This document shows, in pieces, positions 13,778 to 26,689 of a stretch of DNA of 64,000 bases. Origin of the DNA: Camelus ferus (lineage: Eukaryota); the NCBI RefSeq assembly GCF_009834535.1, contig NC_045696.1, positions 88,538,001-88,602,000 of the forward strand. The letters run 5' to 3'. The notes under the pieces were generated by a model. That model had not been told where the DNA came from, ran no database searches, and saw only the letters and a list, made by a program, of their open reading frames with translations. Within the stretch, counting starts at the first letter, position 1; every line of letters begins with the position of its first letter. The translations under genes were made by a program, and so were the position numbers.

Positions 13778-13995
13778 ATTAAACTCTGGAGTGAGATGGG
13801 CAGGGGTTTCAAATCATAGCTCCTTACTTACCAGTGGGCTGACCCTGGCAAGTTAAGAGCCGTCTGAAACTCAGCTTCCTCAGTTGCTCATTGAGGGGCT
13901 CTTTGCTGTTACTGCCTCAAGGGTGCTCCACAGGACAGGACGAGAGAACCTCCCTGGAATGTTGGCCAGGAGGAACACTCAGTAAGTGCTATGTC
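13778..13995 (+). mobile_element. MIR SINE
   Basis: 'ctctggagtgagatg...ttcaaatc..agctc..acttaccag...ggcaagtta...ctcagcttcctca'. Confidence 0.65.
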
Positions 13996-14559
13996 CTTCG
14001 TGTGAGACTTCAAACCCACACCTGCCCTTTCACCTAGCAGCTGCCGTTACCCTATTTAGTGAGGTTTTTGTTTGCATGTGTGCTGGCTCTGACACTGGAA
14101 CCGAGATGAGAAAATAGGCAAACGATCACTGTAAGTGCAAACTGGCACTGGGAGTGTAACACAAAACCACAAGTGTACTGAATGTGATGAATGAGGCTTC
14201 TTAGTACAGCTGACCTCCCTGAATCCACACCAGCCAGAGTTCATCAAGGTTACTGCTATTACATGGAGTTGCATGTTAAGAGTACATTATTGCATCAATT
14301 AAAACTTGATAGGGCATGCACACTGACCTTTGTCAGCATCCTGGTAATTTTTTATTAATGACCGCCTCAGGCTTAGGGTACCTCTCCTACCATTCTGCCA
14401 TCTGGGAGGGCCTTTCTGTCTTGGGTGTCAGGTACCCCTGTTTACTCACCTGGGAGGGGCAGCAGGAAGAGGGACGGTTATCAGTTCTGCTTTGCAGTAT
14501 GGCTGGGATACTTAGTAACAGCAGATGCTAATCCAGCCCCACTTTGCACCAACCTTGAG

Positions 14560-15040
14560 CTGATTTTCTCCTGGATTTCCAAGACCCTCCTCTTTCCCTT
14601 TTTCTCCTTTATCTCTGCTCAGTGCTTTTGCCCTGTCTACTCTGCAGCAATTTCTTCCTCCACCTGTTGCCCAGGAGTCTGTCCTCAGTCCCCTCCTTTG
14701 TCTTCTGCTTTACTTAGCTGGGATTGTCTTGGCCACAACCACATCTTCAGCCACCCCTGGCTGTATCCTTCTGTCTGCCAAATCTGTATTTCCCAGCCTA
14801 CTGGGACTCTGCATGCTGTTTTCCTATAGGGAATTCAAAGTTTTTAAAAAATTAATAAATTTTTTAAATTAAAAAAATTTTTTGCTTTAAACTTGCTTCC
14901 TCATTCATTTAGCCTGAATCAAAGAATGACAGCATTAATCCAAATCCAACATTAACACCTCCCCCTGTGCCCACAGCTAATTACCTAGTAAGACTTGCTA
15001 ATTCTATCACTTAACTATCCCTGAAATTCCCTCTTTCCTC
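14560..15040 (+). mobile_element. L2 LINE fragment
   Basis: Pyrimidine-rich L2-like motifs 'cccaggagtctgtcctcagtcccctcc', 'ccaaatctgtatttcccagcc'. Confidence 0.5.
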
Positions 15041-15061
15041 TGGGCACTTTCCGATTAGGAG

Positions 15062-15220
15062 GAGAAGAGCATAGAGGTTAAAAGCATCCGCTTTGGGTCA
15101 GATTCCTAGGGTTACTGCTTAATAGCAAGGCCCTTAGCCTTTCTGAGCCTTGGTTTCTCCATCTGTAAAATAGGGATAACACCTGATTTGTTGTTGAAAC
15201 AAGTTAATGTTTGGTACATG
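15062..15220 (+). mobile_element. MIR SINE
   Basis: 'agcatagaggttaaaagc...ctgagccttggtttctccatctgtaaaatagggataac'. Confidence 0.75.
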
Positions 15221-15282
15221 GCCATGGGGAGCCCTCTGTATGGTTATGTTTTATTCAGTTTCTCATTTCTTCTCAGCTAGAC

Positions 15283-15422
15283 CCGTGCTTTGACTTGAGT
15301 GCACATAAGATTCACCTGGAGGGCTTGCCAAACGCTAGATTGCTGGGCCCCATCCCAGAAAATCAGCATTTCTAGCAAGTTCCCAGGTGATCCTGACTCT
15401 GCTGCTCAGGGGCCCACACCTT
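15283..15422. mobile_element. MER5A-like hAT-Charlie MITE
   Basis: 'tcacctggagggcttg...gattgctgggccccatccc...gcatttctagcaagttcccaggtgat'. Confidence 0.7.
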
Positions 15423-15559
15423 AACTAAAGAAAGGTCTCTCAGCCTGTAATCTCCCCACTCCAGCCCCACCTCCACCCCATACACTGTCCCCAGTGCTGT
15501 CACCGCCATCTTTTCAAGACATTATCTAATCTTGATATAAAAACTGCTCAAACTTCCTA

Positions 15560-15800
15560 GTAATCACTAAGCACCTTCTACATGCTCAGGCAGAGCTCTA
15601 AATGCTTAACATGAATGAACTTAAAGCTGAGAACAGCTTGTAAGACAGATATTATCTCCACTGTATAGATGAGGAAACTGAAGCATGGAGAGCTTAAGGA
15701 ACGTGTCTAAGGTTACAAAAGGTAGTAAGTTTCAGAGCCAGAACTGGATACTAGATTCCAGCCCTTGGCTCCAGAGGCCAGGATCTTCACAGCTGTACTC
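15560..15800 (-). mobile_element. MIR SINE
   Basis: 'tattatctccactgtatagatgaggaaactgaagc...aaggttaca...gtaagt..cagagcca'. Confidence 0.8.
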
Positions 15801-16444
15801 ACTGCCCTTCTGCCCTGTCATTTCCTCGTCTTAAAATCCTCCAAAAAGCAACAGTCTACAGGATTTAAACCCATCGCTTTGCATGGCTGTGGGATTCCCA
15901 AGCCTCCTTCACTTCTACTACCTTGTTCCCTGACCTCTAGGCATTACAAACTGGTTTGTCAAGTGCAATTTCCCTGCATGAAGCACCTCCTACCAACTCC
16001 TATTCATTCCTTATAAAACTCGGCTAAGACTTCTTTCTTTTGAGAAGTCTTCCCAGCTCTTTCCTACCAACTGTGGATTAAAGGCCTCCTTTTGCAGACA
16101 TTCCCCTAGTACCTAGCACCTGGCTCTCCTGAAGCTAGTCCATGCACACCTGCTTACTTGCTGGGCCCTCCAAACAGTGAGCACCCAGTTCAGGGCAGTG
16201 CAGACTCTTATCAGTGCACCTAGAAGATAGTTAAAGACCATCTGTTAATGAGTGAACGTAAACCTCATCCAGTGGCACTTTCAGGCCCTCTCCTCTTCCT
16301 GCCTTCCCTGCGTCCCTTCCTTGGGCTCCCAGGCCTGTATGCAGAACCAGTCTTGATTCTATCTCTTTAAAAAAGATTTTATTTATGTTGAGTATTTCCC
16401 TCAAGGATAAAATGTAACAAATATCCATATACTTACCACACAGC

Positions 16445-17857
16445 TTTTTAAAAAATTGAAATAGTTGATTTACAATAATGTGTTAGATCCAGTTATATAT
16501 CTATATATTTAGATTATATTCCATTTTATAGGTTTCCTCTTTGGTAACCATAAGTCTGTTTTTTCTGTCTGTGAATCTCTTTCTGCTTTGAATATAGATT
16601 CATTCGTATTTAGATTCCACATGTAAGTGATATGGTATGATATTTGTCTTTCTATGTCTGATTTACTTCACTTAGTATGATAATCTCTGGGTCCAGCCAT
16701 GTTGCTGCAAATGGTATTTCCTCCTTTTGATGGCTGAGTAATACTTCATTGTGTGTATGTATATGTATACATATGCCACATCTTCTGAAGCCAATCATCT
16801 GTCGATGGGCACTTGGGTTGTTTATGCATCTTGGCTATTATAAATAGAGCTGCTATGGACACTGGGGTGCATGTATCTTTTCAAATTAGAGTTTTCATCT
16901 TTTTGGGATATATTCCTAGGATTAGGGTTACTAGATCATACGGTAGCTCTATTTTTAGTTTTTAAGGAACCTCCATAGTCACTGCACCAATTTACATTCC
17001 CACCAACAGGATAGGAGTGTTCCCGTTTCCCCACACTCTCTCTAGCATTTATTATTTGTAGGCCTTTTGATGATAGTGATTCTGACAAGTGTGAGATGAT
17101 ATATCATTGGGGTTTTGATTTGCATTTCTCTAATAATTAGCGATGTTGAGCATCTTTTCATGTGAATGATGACCACCTGTATGTCCTTTTTGGAGAAATG
17201 CCTATTTAGGTCTTCTGCCCACTTTTTTTTTTTTATTGTGTTCATTGTTTTTTGATAGAGTTGTATGAGCTGTTTGTATATTTTGGATATTAACCCCTTG
17301 TTGGTCGCACTGTTTGCTAATCTTTTCTCCTCTTGTGCAGGTTGTCTTTTCATTTTGTTGCTGGCTCCCTTTGCTGTGCAAAAGCGTTTAAGTTTGATTA
17401 GGTCCCATTTACTTTTGCTTCTATTGCTTTTGATTGGGAAACTGATCTAAGAAAATACTGCTACAATTTGTCCAATAATGTTTTGGCTATGTTCTCTCTG
17501 GGGAGTTTTAAGATGCCATGTCTTATATTTAGGTGTTTAGGCCATTTTAAGGTGATTTTTGTATATGGTGTGAGGGAGTGTTGTTTTCATTATTTACATG
17601 TAGCTGCCCAGCCTTTCCAACACCACAGGTTGGAGAAACTGTCTTCTTTCCATATTCTTGCCTCCTCTGTCTAGATTAATTGACCATAGGTGTGTAGGTT
17701 TATTTCTGGGCTCTCTATTCTGTTCCATTGACCTATATGTCTGCTTTTGTGCCACTACTAGGCCATTTTGATTACTGTTGCTCTGTAGTATTGACTGAAG
17801 TCTGGAAGGATTATGCCTCCAGCTTTGTTCTTTTTCCTCAGGATTGGTTTGGCAATG
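16445..17857 (-). mobile_element. 5'-truncated LINE-1 (3'UTR plus ORF2 C-terminus)
   Basis: T-rich 3' end at left. The minus-strand ORF 17042..17353 gives '[15 protein letters not shown]...[17 protein letters not shown]', a hallmark L1 ORF2 C-terminal motif. Confidence 0.92.
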
Positions 17858-18742
17858 TAAATATAAAACAGCTCATTTCTCATCAGAAACCACAGGAGTC
17901 AGAATGATCTTCAAAGAGATTTATATCATATTCAACTGACTGTTAGGATAAACAAACTCCACGCTTTGGAAAGAAAACACAAAAGGTATCACCAACGGCC
18001 TGGCTCAAATTTACAGGGAAATGCAGACCAAACCTGCTTCCTCCACTATGTGCTTTTCTTCTACATAATGATTCATGCATCAGTTTAAAAGAACCTCGTC
18101 ATTTCTGAACTGCAATGGAGTGATTTAAACAGAGAAATCGACCTTGACTGAAACCCAAGATTTTGTTTGTATAGGATGCTAATGAGTGTGTATGAGAAAC
18201 TGGAGAGAGTGGGTGTGTGGCAACAGGCAAGGAAGGGATTCCAGCATAATTAGCGTCTTCTCTCTCCCGTTCTCTAGCTGCTTGTCCAGGAGCAGAGATT
18301 ACCATGTGGTAATTTGTCTCCACTGTTAACAGTGGGCTCCTTAAAGAAAAAGTATATTTCTTTACTTTTGCCAGCATGAGACATAGCACAGCTGCAATTC
18401 AAAAAATGTTCCTGAAGGAAAGGAAGAAAGGGAAATGCAGGAAAAAAAGGAAGGAAGGAAGGAAGCTGGACTTGTCTTGCCTGGTGACCAGTGTTACAGC
18501 GTCGGCAGCCCGTCCCTGGCATGTAATGAGGGTTAGGGAGATGGGGAGGAAGGACTGTCTGGAGTACAGGCTTTAAACTGTGGCACTCTTTATTTTTCCT
18601 CGATGAAAGAGGATATCTACTCTGGCTTGGACCCAGAAACTGATAACTCTATGGAAATGTGAGGAAAGGATAGGGGGAAAAAAAAAGGCTGAAAAAGGCT
18701 GGCAGCCCAGGCTTTGCAGCAGTTAAGAGACAGTAATAGGGG

Positions 18743-19294
18743 TGTAGTTATTTTCCTTGCCTGTGTAACAACTTACTGCAAATTCAGCAGCTTAAAACAA
18801 CACAAATGTATTATTGCACAATCTATTTGGGTCCCAGGAGTCTAGGCACAGCTCCACTGGGTCCTCTGCTCAGTCTCCCAAGGGTGTAGCCAAGGTATCA
18901 GCAGAGCTGTGGTTCTCATCAGGACCTTGGTGTCCTCTCCAGACTCATTCAGGTTGTTGGCAGAATCCAGTTCCTTGAAGTTGTAGGACTAAGGCTCTCA
19001 TTTCTTGCTGGCTGTTGGCAGGGAGTCCCTCTCAGCTCCTACTGGTCACCCTTAGTTCCTACCTACAATAGAGAGTCTTACAACAGGGCAGGTTCAAAGC
19101 CAGCAGTAGTCATCTTACGTACTATCATCCTGGGATGACTGCCCCATCTGCTTGCTCATAGAACATAACCCAATAAGGGAGTCACAAGCCCCACACATTC
19201 ACAGGTGCCTCCACATTCAAGGGGAGGGAATTATACAGGGTCTGTATGCTGGGGGCTAGAATCTTGGGACCCTCTGAGAGTTCTGACTACCACA
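18743..19294 (-). mobile_element. MaLR (MLT1-type) solo LTR
   Basis: TG...CA ends. 'gcttaaaacaacacaaatgtattatt', 'caggttgttggcagaatccagttccttg' and 'ggggagggaattataca' are MLT1 motifs. Confidence 0.8.
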
Positions 19295-19384
19295 GGAGGT
19301 TCTCGCAAGTGCCAAAAGGGGCCTGACTCATTCATCACTTTAAAAGAAAAAAGTAACAGATTTTCCCCTTGTGGTTGTTGCAGA

Positions 19385-19635
19385 TTTTTTTAATTAAAAA
19401 AAAGTTTAATACAATTTTTAAAGGTTACATTCCACTTATAGTTATTGCAAAATATTGGCTATATTCCCAATGTTGTATCATACATCCCTGTAGCCTAACA
19501 CCCAACAGTTTGCACCCTGCACTCCCCTACATTCCCCTCACAAATTCTACCCTACCTCTACATTTGCCTCCCCCTAAATTCCAACCCCCCTGCCCTCCCC
19601 ACCGGTAACCACTAGTTTGTTCTCTATGCCTGTTA
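19385..19635 (-). mobile_element. L1 3'UTR fragment
   Basis: 'ttttaaaggttacattccac...aaaatattggctatattccc...ggtaaccactagtttgttctctatg'. Confidence 0.7.
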
Positions 19636-19959
19636 GTCATTAAAGAGTATTTCCTGTCTTGTGGACCAGGAATCCACAAACTTCTTTATGGAAGAATTCC
19701 AGGTAAATGAGACACCAGAATGATGGGACTATGGGTAGTTGCCTGGAGGTTGTGGTGCTTGAAACTCCTCTCTCCACACCAATAAAAGAAAGTCCTTTTC
19801 TTTTTCTTACCAAGAATACTCAGATCTAACAAAAACATCCATTAAACATCACAGCAGCAAAAGGCAATCCAAATATCATAGCAAACCAATACAGTGTGGG
19901 GGTTACAGCTAAGCCTGCATGCCAGAGTGACTGGGAAGTCTTTCTTATGCCCTTCTCTG

Positions 19960-20820
19960 ACCTCATCCTGCACCCTCCCACCCTGAAGTTGGTGTTAATG
20001 ATTGCTTTGCTTTTCATTAGCTTAATCATACATGGCTGGCTTTCTAAGCAATGTTTAGTTTTGTCCATTTTTTTATTGATGTATAGTTGATTTACAATGT
20101 TGTGTTGGTTTCTGGTGTCCAGCATAGTGATTCAATTGTACATATATATTCCTTGTCATATGCTTTATCATTATGGGCCATTACAAGGTATTGAATGTAG
20201 TTCCCTGTGTTATACCATAGGACTTTGTTGTTTATCTATTTTATATATCTGTCATGTTTTAATGTTATAAAAATAGAATCTTTAAGTATTTTTCTTCAAA
20301 CTGCTTTTTTTCATCTAATATTCTTGAAATTTATCTGTGTTGACATATGTAGCTGTAATCCATTCACTTTCACTCGTGTATAGCATTCCCTTCTTTTTAT
20401 ATACTGTGTTTTATTTATCCATTTTCCTGGTGATGAATCTTTGTTTCCAGCCTTTTTTCTGATTATGAGTAAGTGGCTACAAATATTCTTGCACATGCTT
20501 TCTCACACAGTATATACATTTCTCTAAGAAATAAACCTAGGGATGGATCTGTTGGGTCATGGCATGTGCAGTTTCAGCTTTGCTAGATAGTGCCAAATTG
20601 TTCTCCAGAGTGCTTCCACCAAATCACATGTCCAACTGCAGACCTCTTATTGCTCCACATCTTAAGAAACATTTTGTATTGCTGACTCCCTAATTTTTGC
20701 TAATCTGTTGTGCATAAAATGGTATCTCATGGTGGTTTTAATTTGCATTTGTTTGATTAGTAATGAAGTTGAGCATCTTTGAAAGAGGTATTTCTATTTC
20801 CTCTTCTCTGAAATGCCTGG
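19960..20820 (-). mobile_element. Old L1M fragment interrupted by a short younger L1 3' end (about 20066-20250)
   Basis: Old part: 'ggtatctcatggtggttttaatttgcattt...gaagttgagcatcttt'. Younger part: 'tttttattgatgtatagttgatttacaatgttgtg...gttccctgtg'. Confidence 0.75.
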
Positions 20821-21547
20821 TAAGGTTAAAATCAGGTTCCCCAATCAGCTTTATCAAAATTAAGCTGTTATTCTGATTGCTACTTGACTGCCTCCTTTGT
20901 TTTATTTCTCAGTTGCTTATAAACTTTAGAAGGAAAAAAAGAGTGTTTTAGTTGCCCCATTGAAGAAATTAAATAATGAACAAATTGGACTACATAAGAG
21001 CTCAGGACTTACGTGCATATTCAAATATTTTGAAGTGCTGGAATATATCAGAGTATAAACCTGAGTTATGAGGTAGCTGTTTTTTTCTAGATTGACCACA
21101 ATGTTTTACAGAGAGCTTGACTTAAAATGTTAGAGGTTAAGGCCAACTTGCCTTATGATATATTATCTTATTAATGTGCTATTGTAATCTTAGTGGGCAT
21201 ACATCATGCAATAGATGCTCAGCAAATATGAGCAGGCTGATTGATGATACAGCAGTGGCAAGTAATACAAACCTCAAATTTATTTATTTGTGAATTTGTT
21301 CTATAAAAAACTCTTACCAGTAAATGGTGTTTTGATTCTATTTTACTTCTGAATTAATTTCCACATTTGGAATATTTAAAACCTAGCTATTGACCTCACC
21401 AAAAAGTATCTAGAACTTATATTCAGTAGTTAAAAAAAAAAAACCCCAACAATGTCTGAATTTGGATTGAGCTTTTCAGCATCTACACATAGTTGATTAT
21501 CAATTTTAGATAATACTAAATTCATCAAATAACCTTCTTCTATACAC

Positions 21548-21802
21548 CAGTGTTTCCCAAAATGGTTTTCATGGAGTACCAATTCAGCTTTATGTAAATA
21601 GGGGTTATTCACTAAAAAGTTCATGGTTTAGTAAGTTTGGGAAATACCAAGTTATCAAAGTTAAAACAGTTAAACTATCAGTCTTTTAGAGCCTTTAATG
21701 TAGTGCCAAATGGTGGATCCCAAGAAGAAACATGCTGCTCAACATACCCCAAATGTTCTTCCTAGAATATGTGGGTCCCAAGAAATTACATTGGAAAATG
21801 TG
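21548..21802. mobile_element. hAT-Charlie-type DNA transposon relic
   Basis: TIR-like start 'cagtgtttcccaaa' and internal 'aagtttgggaaatac'. Confidence 0.5.
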
Positions 21803-21887
21803 TAGCTCTACTTTGATTCTCTTGTCATCAGATTTCCATAGTAATAAGATTTTTGGTTAAATTTTTTTCTATTAAGTTAAATTTTTA

Positions 21888-22022
21888 TCTTTTAAAAATT
21901 ATTTTAATTTTTTTGGTGGGGATAATTAGGTTTGTTTATTTTCAAGTGAGATACTGGGGATTGAACGCAGGACCTTGTGCATGCTAAGCACGCACTCTAC
22001 CACTGAGCTATACCCTACCCCC
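21888..22022 (-). mobile_element. tRNA-derived SINE (camelid vic-1-like)
   Basis: Reverse-complement head GGGGTAGGGTATAGCTCAGTGGTAGAG...GTTCAATCCCCAGT (A and B boxes). 17-bp TSD attaagtta[a/t]attttta at 21871-21887 and 22023-22039. Confidence 0.9.
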
Positions 22023-23859
22023 ATTAAGTTATATTTTTAAAGAAATATTATTCTTGTATTTAAATTTTATATCAGTTTTATAGTAATGGGAAGTGTGTGA
22101 TAAATATTTACACTACAAGAAAAATATTCACACTCCTGAAACTACCAACTTCCTTTTTAAAAAGATATGATTCAAGTTCATTAAAATGCAAGTTAAATCT
22201 AATCCTAAACTAATTACATACTCTGTCATCAGCTGTTTGACATTTTACATAATATGGTATCTGAAATCCAAATTAAAAAAAAAAAACCCAAAGCAGTAAT
22301 ATTGGAATTTCATTTATAAAAATATCTATATTATCTATTCAAGTCAATAAAAAAAGGAGAGAAGCCATAGAAACCACTTGATATTATTACTGTTGAAGAA
22401 ACAGAATACATCTGAAGACTTCTACTTGAAAAATTCTTGTTTAGAGTCAATTTATTTTAAATTGAAATCAATTTAAAAATTGATTCGTCATGGTCTTTTA
22501 CGTGTAAATGCAAATCCTGTACTTGTGATCTGCCAGGGAGCATTCTTCTACAAAGACAACCCTTCCTGCTGCAGAGCATGGGGTTGCCAGCACTTAAGAC
22601 ACGAGGCGGCAAACACACTCACACACAGTCTGCATGTAAACTTCATCTGGTTTGTAATCTGCTTAGTTTATCTTTTAAGATTAATAGCTGAATTAAATAA
22701 TGCCAAGGTATATGCCCCATTTACTTTTATAAAGACAGGCTGGCACCTTTGCACCAAAGAAAATGAGACATGGCAAAGGATTTAAATGAGCTAATTACCC
22801 TCTCTCTTTGACCACTGAAATGTTTTCAACTTCCCGTGACAATCCTGAGCTTAGTAAAATTGTAACACAGTAGGCGTAACGGGCACTTTTGAGGTTGGCA
22901 TTTACTTATGAAGATGGAACCCAGTGGACTTGCAATAAAACACCAAAATGTAGGCAGTCCATTAAACTATGTGCTGGAACCTTGAAGGTCTTTGGAGAAT
23001 AGGAATTGGTGAAGGAATGAAAATACTACTGAAAAGCATTTCATTCCGGCATAATCAGCTGACTTAAGATGCTTAGACTCCATAATTGGGCTAAAAAGAA
23101 AACTAACTATATCTAATCTCAAACTCCTTAGAGTTCTGACAATTTGCTGTTTATTGTATTGTGACATTCCCCTTTCCCTTTAATTTTCACCATGGCATTG
23201 ATTCAAATATTCCTTAACTTGAGATCATTTAAGGGGAGTTTTACCATGTTTCTTAAGCTAGCTGGACACACCCCCAACTCCCTCTAAGGTGTCACGTGCA
23301 AGAAGAAGGCTATGAATCACCTCTATTCACAGTACTATTTTAAAAATAATATTCCATAAATCTATGCATTTCCAGCTAGAAATGCCAGCTGAAACATTTT
23401 AAACTGGTTCTTTCATGATCTGGCAAGACAAGCATAAAAAGAAAAAAAGAATTGTTTGGTTCAGATAGAATTCAAAACATCATCTTCTAAGAAACTGGGA
23501 AACAGACCCTTCTCCAAACGAAGACCCAATCCATGAGCATGTGGTATTTACTTAAAGATTCATCCATTGGTTAACTTTTCAGAAAGTTTTCAAATCAAGG
23601 ACATATTTTCATAAGCAGGGCCCACTCTGATTAAAACTGAGAATAGCAAAGCTGCTCTCAACAAACTTCCTGTTCCCTAACCTGGTGTCCCATCACTGTG
23701 TCCTCCATGGTCAATCTTTTCTCTCTCTCTTATCAAAACCTACTTGTACTATGTGTTACTTCTCTGGCAGGGACATGAAATAGTTTCCTGCAAGAAGCAG
23801 TTGCTTATGTGTTTCCTAAGCCCTATTTAGAACTGCCCACGAGACAGTACAACCCGGAT

Positions 23860-24140
23860 GCCCTGTGAGCACCTGAAACCCAAATTAACATCTCTCTCCA
23901 TCTATCCCCTCATGCAACCTGTTCCTACTTCAGAGCTCTGTATCTTGGTTAGGGCATCATCATCCACCCATGTGCCTCATTTAGAAATCTGAGAGACCAT
24001 TTATTACACTGTAGTAGAATTATTTCTTTACATACTGTTTCATTCACAAGGCTGTTAGTTCTTTAGGGGAGTATGATGAGTCTCTCCCAGAGTACAGCAC
24101 CACACAACACTGCCTAAGTGAGTAAGTGTTTGTTGATGGA
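23860..24140 (+). mobile_element. L2 fragment
   Basis: 'aacctgttcctactt...catcatccaccca..tgcctca...agaaatctga' and an L2-like tail 'agcac...agtgtttgttgatg'. Confidence 0.5.
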
Positions 24141-26567
24141 GATCATAGTCAAATGCATTTAACTATCTGAGACTACATTCACATACATATGTATATATAC
24201 ACACATATATATTAGCTGCCTAGAGTGCTCCCAGTCAAAGGAATTGCAGTGTTGGGAAAGCTTCCATAACTGGTTATCCACTTTGCACAAAATCTTCATA
24301 AGTGAGTAGAAACAGCTAATTCCAACATGTCAGGAGGCTGGATGGCATGGGTGATAGAGCCACATCTGGTCGACCTGGCCAACCATGAAGTTAACCACAA
24401 GGCTGTTCTCAGGAACACTCAGGCCACATGTCTCCTTTCCATAGGATTCACCAAAGACTGGACATTCTGGGCACCCCCTCCTTCCACGTGGGGATATATA
24501 TTCACAAGGCCATGCAAATAAAAATCAAACACTGGGCTCCGATTCGCTGTGCATAACTCACAATGCCCATCTATTATAATGAATAATAATGGCACTCAAG
24601 TTCTGTGCAGGGCAGCATTTGGCTTGAAGTCGGCCTGCACACACTGAGCAGGTTTTAATTAGCCAGCCCAAACAGCAGCTAGCTTGGTAAACTGATTCTT
24701 GCTGAAGAAAAAAAAGCAAACCAATAAGAGAATCACTGAATTCGGTTGGACAAAAGAATCAGATCAAAATATTGACTCTGACATGAAACAGAAGGGCCCA
24801 GACCTGGCTCAGCTGCGTGCCACAAGAAAGCCTTTGTCTGCAGACAGGTCTCAGGTGGTAGGTTTTGGAGCTAACTCGGGGGATTTAATTAGGGGTTGTA
24901 GCTGAAGGATATAAATAATGATCAGTTTAGAGATGCCGCTCACATCTTCTGATCAGCGCCAGCATTCACAGAGCACATCTGCCGGAAAATCCCCTTTAGG
25001 GTTTCCGATCACACCTGAAAATCATTTTTATTATGACTGCATTATCTCCAGGCTTCGGCACAGAGGTTTAGGAAGAACTTGCGCCCATCAGTGGCACAAC
25101 CATATTTCAGTCCACTGCTGATTTCACTGAGGTACCCTGTAAACACCTACTTAGCTCTCCAGTTAGTTTGGAAGCACTAAAGCCAAAGAAGGATCAGCAG
25201 CATTGTCTCAAAGAGGAGACGGGGTCTGCAGAGGGATTCTGGAGTCAAACTGCCAAAATTTGGAAAGTAGAACCCAATAGAGTGCAGGATTGTACTATAA
25301 TGCTTTTGGTGTGTGTGTTGGGGATGTGTGTCGAGAATCCACTAACAATCTTCCCCATTCACTCCTCCTTTGCTCCTCTACCAACTATCTTCCACACACC
25401 ACACATGTGGACTCACTGCTCCTTGATTTATAACTGTGATCCTTCCCCAGGAAGCAGCTCTCTTCTTTGCCAGCTCCTCATGTATGGAAGTGGAGTTGCC
25501 AGCATACAGCACCAGAAACTTGAGCATACTTACTTTGCACCAGAAGTGGTAGAATTCGGTTTCTTGGAGGCAGTACATTGTAACTCCCCAAACATCCCAA
25601 GCCAGAAGATGAAGGCAAGGAGACATATCTGAAGAGTGAGTGTTTATCCTACTTTCTACTACTATTAAAAATCTTGGCTTGGAAAAAGAAAGTGATGATG
25701 TTTGGCTTTATGAGCTGATACTATCAATTTCTTGTTCCTTAAATTTGAGAATCTGGAGCACAAAAACAATGTGAATATTTAGCATTTGGGGGCTGATGTT
25801 AGAAACAATTACTTCTGTTAAGTGACACACTGAATTTGAATATCTTCTGTCATGTACTTTTAGGGAAAGATAAATCCTGGCAAACATTGCTTCCTGTGCT
25901 TAACTAAAAAGGCATAGCAAGCCAAAATGTTTGCTTTTAAAGTACAAAGGATCAGTAGGACATATAGCTTGCAGCTGGTTTTAAGCTTTGCTTTTTGTGG
26001 CTTTCCAGTTAAAGAAAAAAAAAAGCTTTGAGAAAGAATAGAAAAGGACAGTCTATAAATAGCCTTCTTATCTCCCCACCTTTTCTGACTTAGACTAATT
26101 TGTGGCCAGAGGCAACGGAGGGAAGTGAAATAAGTGAAATCAATAGGTTCTTACACAGCATTTTAAGAGGCCGCAGAAAGGTGGTACAGACTGCTGAGGG
26201 TGAGAGATGAATGAGAAGAGGGGTTGGGTAACATCTCGTTGGACTGAGATTTCAAAACATTTTCATTGAGATGATGTAGAAAGTCGATTTGCATCCTATT
26301 AAAAAAAAAACAACACTGCATCTCTAAATGGCATGGGTCCTACGTGGTCACGTGTTTTTTTTTAAATTTCTGAGTGAATTTATCTTAACTTTCCACATGT
26401 AAGCTTACATGATAATGCTTCATTCTAAAAACAGGGAAGAAATTTGAAACCACTTATGGTGACCACCTGTAGGCAAGCTATATGGTACACTTAGTTTTAA
26501 CAATCAAGAGTAATCCAAGAACAACAGCACCTAAGTTCCTAGCAACTGGTAAAACACTGGAAAATCG

Positions 26568-26621
26568 CATTAGCACTGACTAATCAGAGCCATTAGCACT
26601 GACTAATCAGAGCCATTAGCA
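26568..26621. repeat. Perfect 23-bp tandem duplication
   Basis: cattagcactgactaatcagagc twice, followed by cattagca. Confidence 0.95.
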
Positions 26622-26689
26622 AAGGAGTATTTTCTGAGACATTCTCCCCTTTCACCTGCTGCTCCTCAGCCCCTGCAACTTCTTTATTT

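Noticed and set aside
25168..25632. 154-aa ORF
   Set aside because: Non-ATG start and no recognisable homology; probably overlaps an old LTR remnant.
26568..26621. CRISPR-like direct repeat
   Set aside because: Adjacent copies without spacers, in a mammalian context.
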